The position numbers were made by a program, and so were the translations under genes. This document shows positions 48,681 to 55,677 of a stretch of DNA of 64,000 bases, one piece after another. The DNA is from an uncultured Holophagales bacterium (GTDB taxonomy: Bacteria; Acidobacteriota; Thermoanaerobaculia; Multivoradales; UBA5704). The notes beneath the pieces were generated by a model. It did not search any database. It had not been told where the DNA came from and saw nothing but the letters and a program-made list of their open reading frames with translations. Within the stretch, counting starts at the first letter, position 1; every line of letters starts with the position of its first letter. Where the stretch lies: positions 1,434,260-1,498,259 of the forward strand of contig CAVUHL010000003.1 in NCBI GenBank assembly GCA_963741305.1, in the 5' to 3' direction.

Positions 48681-50428
48681 AATCGGTATCCCAGCCCCAG
48701 GGTCATGCGCTGCCCTTCGATCTCGTCTCCGGTGAGGACTTCCAGCTCGGCCTGGCCGAAGAGGTCCAACGGTAGCTCCAGCCAGAGCGAGGCGCGGGCC
48801 CATTGGGTGGTGGTCTCCTCGTCGACGAGCAGCGACTGCCGCGACAGGGTACCGCCCAGGCCGAGGCTCAGTTCGTGCCCGCCGCCGAAACGCCGGCCGA
48901 CCCGAGTGGTGACGAGCAGGCCGTCGGTGGTCGGATTGGTGAAGCCAAGCACGTCGGCGCCCACGAACAGCTTCAAGCCGGACAGCTCCGGGTGCCAGGC
49001 GCCCACGCCGAGGGAGAAGCTCGTCTCGGAGTCGGCGCCCTCGATCCCCTCATCGCGGGCATCCAGGGCATGCGCGCCCGCGGTCACGGAGAAGTTGAGC
49101 CCCCGCGCCGGACCGGTCTGATAGCTGACCCGCAGCCCCTGCCGCGTCAGGTCGTCGAACAGCTCCGTGGGGATGAAGCGGCTCTCCTCGGTGAGGAAGC
49201 GCTCGAAACGGTCGTAGGAGATCACCAGGCGGCTGCGCTCCGAAAGGCGACCCAGGGCGGTGAGCGAGAGTTGGGAGAGCTGCGAGGTGCTGCCGGCGGC
49301 CTCCTCCCTCCAGCCGGTGTTGAGGTCCAGCTCGGCGTGCTGAAAGAAGGTCCAGCGCTGGCCGGGGTCGTAACGGGTCTCGATGGCCACGAACTCGCGG
49401 CTGATGTCGGTCTCTCCCTCTTCGCGGACTCCGGCCACGAAAAGCTCGAGTCCGTTCGACTCCGGGGCGATGCGGACGAAGGCGCCGTACTTGGATCCGG
49501 AGCCGTCGAAGCCCAGCTCCTCGATGTTGGGCCGGCGGCCGTAGAAGCCGCCCACCTCGAGCGGTCCGAGGACGCGCACCTTGCCGAGGCCGCCATCCAG
49601 GTAGCCGATGCCCACGAACGGGCCAGCGCCGAGGCGGCCGACCCGGAAGCCATAGCGGGCGTCCTCCGGCTCATAGATCAAGGACAGCTCGTAGAGCCGG
49701 TCGCGGCTCGTGGATTCGGGAATGCCGCCGATACTGCTCACGAGCCGACGCTCGCGCTCCTCGTCGAGGCTGCGCATCCGGAGCCGGAGTTGGAGCGGAG
49801 TACCGACGATGTCCCGCACCCGCACGTTGAGCCGTGCGGCCGTGCGGTTGAAGTCGCGGCGGCTCTCGGTGCCATCCGAAAAGACCTCGCTCTCCAGGGA
49901 GACCGCGCCGGTCACGCGGGTCCGGGTTGGACGCGGGCTTTCCGTTCGCGGGATGGGCTTCTCGGTCCGAGGAGCTTCCGCCGGCGGGGGAGCAGGAACG
50001 GGAGCGGGAGCCGCCTCGCCGATCCGCCGCACGCGGTCATCCGCCTGGATTGCCTTGCGTTCGTTCAGGACGCGGCAGGAAGCCGAGTGCTCCGCCGTGA
50101 AGAGAACCTCGATCTCCGCGATGACTTCACTCCCGCGGACGACCTCCAGCCGGTCTCCCACCTCGATCCCCGAAGCCCGGCCATTGTTCAGATAAATCGT
50201 ATCCGCGGACCTGTAGCGCACCGCGAGGGGGTTCTGAGCCATCAACGGCACGGCAATCAGCAGGAAAATGTAGGGGCGGGTCTTGTGCCCGCCCGGGAGG
50301 GGGAAGATCCCGCTCCAAGATCCTGCCGAATTTCGTTCCCGGACGTTTCCCCCACCCGGGCGGGCACAAGACCCGCCCCTACAGACGAGGGCCACGAGAT
50401 GGACGAGATAAAAGAAGTGCCTTTTCAT
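48677..50428 (-). CDS. outer-membrane beta-barrel (porin-like) protein
   Basis: 583 aa, alternating amphipathic beta-strand pattern, C-terminal ...LGLGYRF (terminal Phe); N-terminal region reads through a REP palindrome so true start may lie near 50270. Confidence 0.55.
   Translation of the reverse strand: MKRHFFYLVHLVALVCRGGSCARPGGGNVRERNSAGSWSGIFPLPGGHKTRPYIFLLIAVPLMAQNPLAVRYRSADTIYLNNGRASGIEVGDRLEVVRGSEVIAEIEVLFTAEHSASCRVLNERKAIQADDRVRRIGEAAPAPVPAPPPAEAPRTEKPIPRTESPRPTRTRVTGAVSLESEVFSDGTESRRDFNRTAARLNVRVRDIVGTPLQLRLRMRSLDEERERRLVSSIGGIPESTSRDRLYELSLIYEPEDARYGFRVGRLGAGPFVGIGYLDGGLGKVRVLGPLEVGGFYGRRPNIEELGFDGSGSKYGAFVRIAPESNGLELFVAGVREEGETDISREFVAIETRYDPGQRWTFFQHAELDLNTGWREEAAGSTSQLSQLSLTALGRLSERSRLVISYDRFERFLTEESRFIPTELFDDLTRQGLRVSYQTGPARGLNFSVTAGAHALDARDEGIEGADSETSFSLGVGAWHPELSGLKLFVGADVLGFTNPTTDGLLVTTRVGRRFGGGHELSLGLGGTLSRQSLLVDEETTTQWARASLWLELPLDLFGQAELEVLTGDEIEGQRMTLGLGYRF
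50269..50390. repeat. REP-type palindrome (GTAGGGGCGGG ... CCCGCCCCTAC) with about 65-bp loop, inside 5' end of the beta-barrel ORF
   Basis: gtaggggcgggtcttgtgcccgcccgg ... ccgggcgggcacaagacccgcccctac; arms closely resemble the REP at 30302. Confidence 0.7.
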
Positions 50429-50430
50429 CT

Positions 50431-51300
50431 CTACTCCCTCCCCTGCGGATGGCAGGACAGACAGGCGTTGCTCTCATAGCGGTAGCCGCGGACGTCGTCG
50501 TCGTCGTGCTCCTCGTCCATCTCTCTCCGATTGTGCTCGTGGCAGTTGAGGCAGGAGAAATTCTGGAAGCTCCCCTGGTTGACCGACGTGTGGCAGTCCG
50601 AGCAACTGTTCCAGACCCCGCGGTGCGGGCCGGAGAAGATGGGGAAGAACCGCGCGTCGTGCGCCCGGAAGTCCGCGTCCGAGAAGTCCGAGGTGGTGTG
50701 ACAGGTCTCGCAAGTCGTCGGGAACCCGGAGCGGACGTGGTCGGGCTGCGCCCGGCGGTAATCCTCGGCGTGGCAGGAGAAGCAATCCATCGGCGTGCCG
50801 CGGAACTCGAAGGGCGGGCTCCCCCGGTGGCAGGAGCCGCAATCCACCGCCGCGTGGGCTCCGGTCAGCGGGAACAGGCTCGCGTTGTGGATCTCGAACA
50901 CCCGGCGCCGGCTGTCCCAGCCATGCGGCGAGTGGCAGCTCTCGCACGAGAGCCCCAACTCGCCCTGGTGCGGGTCGCGGTGGCAGTCCGCGCACGCCGA
51001 GGCCACGCGCTGGAACCGGAGATCCTGGTGGCACCCCAAGCAGGCGACCTTCTGGTGGCTCTTGATCAGGGCGAACCCGGTCTCCTTGCCATGATCGAAG
51101 GGCAGGGGCTCGCGCAGCGGGCGCCATCCCTCGGGGGAATGGCAGTGCTCGCAGCCCCAGCGCAACGGGCCATGCGGATTGCCGCCGGTGGTCTCCTGGC
51201 CCTGAGCCCGGCCTCGAGTCTGGCCCTGCGCCGTTCCCAGGATGGCTGCGGTCAGGAATCCGGCAGCCAGCAGGAGTTGTAGGAGCAGCCGTTTCTTCAT
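50431..51300 (-). CDS. decahaem c-type cytochrome (periplasmic/secreted)
   Basis: Signal peptide MKKRLLLQLLLAAGFLTAAILGTAQG; ten CxxCH motifs (CEHCH, CLGCH, CADCH, CESCH, CGSCH, CFSCH, CETCH, CSDCH, CLNCH, CLSCH) in 290 aa. Confidence 0.85.
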   Translation of the reverse strand: MKKRLLLQLLLAAGFLTAAILGTAQGQTRGRAQGQETTGGNPHGPLRWGCEHCHSPEGWRPLREPLPFDHGKETGFALIKSHQKVACLGCHQDLRFQRVASACADCHRDPHQGELGLSCESCHSPHGWDSRRRVFEIHNASLFPLTGAHAAVDCGSCHRGSPPFEFRGTPMDCFSCHAEDYRRAQPDHVRSGFPTTCETCHTTSDFSDADFRAHDARFFPIFSGPHRGVWNSCSDCHTSVNQGSFQNFSCLNCHEHNRREMDEEHDDDDVRGYRYESNACLSCHPQGRE

Positions 51301-52973
51301 GTGGTTCTCCCGTGACAACCTTCGCAGGTGATCGGAAGCGGTTTGAAGCGGACGACCCGGCCTTCAGATCGATGACACGCGCTACAGGGCAGGCGGGCGT
51401 GGGCTCCCACCAGCTTGAAGCGCGAGTGCCGGTCGTGATCGAACGTGACGCGGGCCCAGCTCTGCACCGAGTGGCACGATTGGCAGCCCGCCTGGACGAG
51501 CTGCCCCTCATGGGGATCGCCATGGCAGGCATTGCAGGCTTTGGGAGTGCCTTGAAACTTCCCCTGCTTGTGGCATTGGCCGCAGGACACCTTCTGATGC
51601 CCGCCTTCCAAGGGGAAGCCGGTCTTCGTGTGATCGAAGGCCGCGAGATGCGTCCAGCCCTCGATCGAGTGGCACGTCCGGCACCCCTGCGGACCCTGGA
51701 CGCGGCTCACCTGCCCTTTGTGGGGATCGCCGTGACAGGCCTGGCACTCGGTGGACTCCCACTTGAAGCGGATCACCCCGGAGGCGTTCTTCTTGTGACA
51801 GGAGATGCAGGGCACCGCGAGGTGAGCCCCCTGAAGAGGGAAGCGGGTCTTCTGGTGCCGCTCCAGGGGGAAGGTCGAGGGAGAGAAGCCCGACAGCGTG
51901 TGGCAGCTCTCGCAGGCCGAGCTTGCGATCTGTCCCGCGTGGACGTTCTTGTGACAATCCGCGCACGCCTGGAACTTTGCGAAGCGCAGGCTCCGGCCAG
52001 AGGTGTGGCAAGACTGGCAGCTCACCTTCTGATGCTGCCCGCGCAGGGGGAAGCGGGTCTTGTCGTGATCGAACTTTGCGCTGCTCCCCACCTTCCATCC
52101 GGCGGTGGAGTGGCACTGCTGGCAAGTCGTGCCGAGCCGCCCCTGGTGCGGGTCCTTGTGGCAATCGGTGCACCGCTGGTGCGCCAGCTTCGTGAACTTT
52201 CCCGATTTGTGACAGCTCGCGCAGGCCACGGCCTTGTGCTGGCCGGTGAGCGGGAAGCCGGTGCGGTCGTGATTGAAATTGGCCATGGCACCCGTCTTCC
52301 ACCCGGCAGTGGAGTGGCACTGCTGACAGGTAGCTCCGAAGCGTCCCTGGTGCGGGTCCTGGTGGCAGCTCGCGCAGCTCTGGTGCTGGATTCCCTTAAA
52401 CTGCCCGCTCGGGTGACAGCTCGCGCAAGCGACCTTCTGATGCAGTCCGGTGAGAGGAAAGACCGAATGGTCGAGCTTCGCAAGCGGCTTCCAAGCCACC
52501 GTCGTGTGGCAGGAGACGCAGGCCTTTTGAGCGAACTGGCCGCGGTGCTCGTCCCGGTGGCAGGAACGGCAGGTGGGGGAGAGCCCGAGAAAGGTTTTCT
52601 TCGGCGGACGGTGGCAGGACTGGCAAGCCTGCTTCGCGTGCGCTCCTTGCAGCGGCCATCCGGTCGAGCGGTGATCGAATCCAGCCTGTCCCTTCTTCCC
52701 CCAATCGATGAGCTTGAACTCCCGTCCGTGGTGCTCGATGTGGCAGGTCTGGCAGGCGCGGTACTCGGGCCGGGCGTGAAGCCGGCTGGACTTGATGGCG
52801 GTGTGGCAGTCGAGGCACTTCGAGGGCGCCACACCCTGGCCGGCCTGGTGGCACTTCAGGCAGTTGGCGCTCCCTTCCAGCTTGGCGTGCGGCTGGCTGA
52901 GCTTGCCGGGGGAGAGCTGGGCCGCGAGGGGGGCCGAAGCGAGGAACAGCGCCAGGATGATCCCCTTTCGCAT
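51297..52973 (-). CDS. large multihaem c-type cytochrome (about 23 CxxCH motifs)
   Basis: Signal peptide MRKGIILALFLASAPLAAQ; CxxCH repeated about every 22-25 residues through 558 aa. Confidence 0.85.
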   Translation of the reverse strand: MRKGIILALFLASAPLAAQLSPGKLSQPHAKLEGSANCLKCHQAGQGVAPSKCLDCHTAIKSSRLHARPEYRACQTCHIEHHGREFKLIDWGKKGQAGFDHRSTGWPLQGAHAKQACQSCHRPPKKTFLGLSPTCRSCHRDEHRGQFAQKACVSCHTTVAWKPLAKLDHSVFPLTGLHQKVACASCHPSGQFKGIQHQSCASCHQDPHQGRFGATCQQCHSTAGWKTGAMANFNHDRTGFPLTGQHKAVACASCHKSGKFTKLAHQRCTDCHKDPHQGRLGTTCQQCHSTAGWKVGSSAKFDHDKTRFPLRGQHQKVSCQSCHTSGRSLRFAKFQACADCHKNVHAGQIASSACESCHTLSGFSPSTFPLERHQKTRFPLQGAHLAVPCISCHKKNASGVIRFKWESTECQACHGDPHKGQVSRVQGPQGCRTCHSIEGWTHLAAFDHTKTGFPLEGGHQKVSCGQCHKQGKFQGTPKACNACHGDPHEGQLVQAGCQSCHSVQSWARVTFDHDRHSRFKLVGAHARLPCSACHRSEGRVVRFKPLPITCEGCHGRTT

Positions 52974-52974
52974 C

Positions 52975-53802
52975 CTATTGCCAGGCGTAGCCGGTCATGA
53001 TCGCGACCGCGATGTGGAGGATCATGAAGACGTACATCACGACCGCGAAGGGTTTGTGCAGGACGTGCCAGTGATGAAACAGCTCCTGAAGCCGGCTCCA
53101 CAGCAACAGCCGCCGCTGGAGGAGCGCCTTCTGGCGGATTGTCCGCAGCAGCTCGGCGGATCCCCGATGGCGGGACAATCGGTGGAACGAGCGCAGCCGC
53201 CAGCGCAGGCGGATCCCGTCCAGAGGCATGCGGAAGAGGGACGGCGACAGGTCCGCCGCGAGAGCCTCCAGCTCCTTGAGCGGCCCCTCTCCCAGCTCTT
53301 CTTTCAGCCGCAGGGAGAGCTCCGCATTCAGCTCCTCGACCTCCTTGAGGCTGAGCTGATCGCCGGCCCGCGTGCGTGGGATCTGGAGGTAGAGGTAGCG
53401 CCCAAGGACCCCCGAGAGCGCCACCACCACCATCGACCAGAAGCTGAGCGCCACCAGCCCGTGCACCTTGAACGAGCTGTGGAGCACCACCAGCAGCGGC
53501 CCGATCACGCCGCAGAAGATGTGGAAGTCGAGCCAGTCGCGGAGCTTGCCCGCGCCGCGTAGCGCCTTGGTCCGCTTGCGCACCGAGTAGACGAGCATCA
53601 CGACCATCAGCGACGAGCCCACGATGCCGAGCAGGTGCCCGCGCGAGCCGCCGGGCTTGAGCGTCCAATAGTCCTCGTGCCGCGGACGCTCGATCAGGGG
53701 GGTGCCGTAGTACGAGCTGCCCTCCCACGCGAGGACGGCAATGACCGCCAGCGCGGCGGCGTAGACCGTGGTCAGGACGAGCTTGCGGACGGGCAGCTTC
53801 AT
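52975..53802 (-). CDS. integral membrane protein with intramembrane histidines, putative dihaem cytochrome b (quinol-interacting)
   Basis: 5 TM helices with His in helices (DFHIF, VVLHSS, HHWHVLH, MILHIA); first gene of the cytochrome operon. Confidence 0.45.
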   Translation of the reverse strand: MKLPVRKLVLTTVYAAALAVIAVLAWEGSSYYGTPLIERPRHEDYWTLKPGGSRGHLLGIVGSSLMVVMLVYSVRKRTKALRGAGKLRDWLDFHIFCGVIGPLLVVLHSSFKVHGLVALSFWSMVVVALSGVLGRYLYLQIPRTRAGDQLSLKEVEELNAELSLRLKEELGEGPLKELEALAADLSPSLFRMPLDGIRLRWRLRSFHRLSRHRGSAELLRTIRQKALLQRRLLLWSRLQELFHHWHVLHKPFAVVMYVFMILHIAVAIMTGYAWQ

Positions 53803-53844
53803 ACCAATAGAGGTAAGACAGGCGCGGGGGGCGGTTTGGAACAG

Positions 53845-54054
53845 GCCTCACCCCCGGCCCCTCTCCCGGCCGCACACCCGGACCCCCGGGAGAGGGGAGC
53901 GCGCGAGATCCACAGACATCGCCATATATCGCTCGCCCGGTAGAAACCCGGTCCTGCTGTGGACAAGCCACTTATGGAGTTGCGGTTGGATCTGGAGGCC
54001 TCCCCTCTCCCGGGGGTCCGGGTGTGCGGCGGGAGAGGGGCTGGGGGTGAGGGG
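53845..54054. mobile_element. MITE-like element copy B (internal segment inverted relative to copies A and C)
   Basis: Same 53-bp terminal inverted repeats; internal gcgcgcgagatccac...ggatctggaggcc is reverse complement arrangement of copy A. Confidence 0.75.
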
Positions 54055-54092
54055 CCGCGGAAGGTCCGGTCTAAACCAGGTCTAAACCGGAC

Positions 54093-54488
54093 CTAAACCG
54101 GCTTCGGAGCCCACGCGTGGAAGAAGCTGACGATCTCGGCCACGGAGAGCAGCGCATTGGCATTCCGGAACTCGCCGTCCGTCTGCGCCTTGACGAGCGT
54201 GCCATCGGGCTCCAAGATCGCAATCGCCGGGATGCCGCGCACGACGTCCATGCCGTAGTCGGCCATGATGTCGAGGTTCTGGTTGCGGTTGCCCACCGTG
54301 ATCTTCACCACGATGTAGCTCGGTTCGAGGATGGGCGTGACGAGCCGGTGGGTGAGCGCCCGGTTCAGGGCGTAGCAGTCGGGGCACCAGTCGGCGCCGA
54401 ACACGACCGCCACGCGCTTGCCCTCCCTACCGGCAAGCTTCAAGGCGGCGTCGATGGCCGCGTGGGCATCGGCCTCGTAATCGTTCAT
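54093..54488 (-). CDS. thioredoxin-fold protein (WCPDC active site)
   Basis: CxxC motif WCPDC about 40 residues from N-terminus, length 131 aa. Confidence 0.7.
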   Translation of the reverse strand: MNDYEADAHAAIDAALKLAGREGKRVAVVFGADWCPDCYALNRALTHRLVTPILEPSYIVVKITVGNRNQNLDIMADYGMDVVRGIPAIAILEPDGTLVKAQTDGEFRNANALLSVAEIVSFFHAWAPKPV

Positions 54489-54502
54489 GCTGTCTTCCTC
54501 CC

Positions 54503-55411
54503 TCATTCATAGGATCGGATGGTGGCCAGGGTCAGGCGCCCGGCCCAGTCCAGGGTCTCCGGAGTGACTTTCTCCGGAGTATCCAAAGGTGAATGATAGG
54601 ACGGTTCGACGCCGGTCCAAAGCCAGCCCGTCTCGATCCCCCGGCTGGCGAAGGGCACGGAGTCCGAGATCTGGGGGGTGAAATGCTCCCGCACAGGCAC
54701 GCCGAGCCCGCTGGCGAGGCCGAGCATCCGCTGGTGGACGCCGCGCTTCATGTTGATGCGAAGGGTGGAGAGAAGAGCATCCCCGCGGCCGATCATGTCC
54801 AGGTTGATCATGGACACGAGGTTGCGCGCCGCCTCGGGAGAGAGGCTCTGGGCATAGTACCGGGAGCCGACGACGGACTGTTGCTGAGGCCCGGGCCGCC
54901 CCTCCTCGGCCCCGAACGCCACGAACACCACCGGCAGCCGGGCAGGGCGAGCCGCCAGCACCCGGGCCAGCTCCAGGAGGACCGCCACACCCGAAGCGTT
55001 GTCATTGGCCCCCGGGCTCCCCACGACCGTGTCGTAGTGCGCGCCGACCAGGAGGTAGCGGTCCACCGCCGGATCGAATTCCGGGCCGGAGGGCAGAGCC
55101 ACGACATTGGCGGAATCCCCGCCGCCGGGAAGGGGCACCGGCTGGCGCTCGACCCGGTAGCCCGCCGCCGCCAGGGCCTTTTCGACATAGGCCGCAGCGC
55201 GAGCCTCCGCAGGGCTGCCGGTGGGCCGGGGACCTGACGCGAGCGCCCGCAGGTGGGCCATGGCCTTTTGGAGGTCGATCGCCTCCCCTTGGACACGCAC
55301 CACGGGCCGGGGGGTTGGGGGCGGCGGGGGCTCAGGCTGCTCGCGGCAGGCGGCGAGCAGCAGGGAGACCGTTAGGACGGAAACCCATCGCTTGGACAGG
55401 GCGGAGAGCAT
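54503..55411 (-). CDS. M28-family zinc aminopeptidase lipoprotein
   Basis: Lipobox LLAAC; HxD...D...EE...H metal-ligand pattern (GAHYDTV, NDNASGVAVLLE, GAEEGRPG). Confidence 0.75.
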   Translation of the reverse strand: MLSALSKRWVSVLTVSLLLAACREQPEPPPPPTPRPVVRVQGEAIDLQKAMAHLRALASGPRPTGSPAEARAAAYVEKALAAAGYRVERQPVPLPGGGDSANVVALPSGPEFDPAVDRYLLVGAHYDTVVGSPGANDNASGVAVLLELARVLAARPARLPVVFVAFGAEEGRPGPQQQSVVGSRYYAQSLSPEAARNLVSMINLDMIGRGDALLSTLRINMKRGVHQRMLGLASGLGVPVREHFTPQISDSVPFASRGIETGWLWTGVEPSYHSPLDTPEKVTPETLDWAGRLTLATIRSYE

Positions 55412-55435
55412 TGGGGACAGTTTACCCGCGGAAGG

Positions 55436-55639
55436 CCCTCACCCCCGGCCCCTCTCCCATCCGCACACCCGGGCCCCCGGGAGAGGGGAGGCCTCTAGAT
55501 CCAGCTTCCATCTCCACCTGCGGCTTGCCCTGTCTCGTTTCTCCGGGCGAGCCCCGTACGGTGATGTCGGTGGATCTCGCGCGCCCCCCTCTCCCGGGGG
55601 TCCGGGTGTGCGGCCGGGAGAGGGGTTGGGGGTGAGGGC
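55436..55639. mobile_element. MITE-like element copy C
   Basis: Same terminal inverted repeats (cccctctcccatccgcacacccgggcccccgggagagggg ... cccctctcccgggggtccgggtgtgcggccgggagagggg), internal ggcctctagatcc...ggtggatctcgcgcgc. Confidence 0.75.
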
Positions 55640-55677
55640 CGGTAACTTCCCCCACCCACTTCCGTAAACTACCCCTG

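Noticed and set aside
48803-53000. Plus-strand ORFs 48803-50479 (558 aa), 50449-51282, 51312-53000 (562 aa) and minus alternate frames 50474-51532, 51508-52320, 52022-52834 over the cytochrome/barrel genes
   Set aside because: The minus-strand frames chosen carry signal peptides and dense CxxCH motifs; the others are His/Arg/Gly-rich shadows.
52856-53971. 371-aa minus ORF overlapping the cytochrome b gene and MITE copy B
   Set aside because: Different frame from the TM-rich 52975-53802 ORF; Arg/Ala/Gly low complexity and runs into the repeat element.
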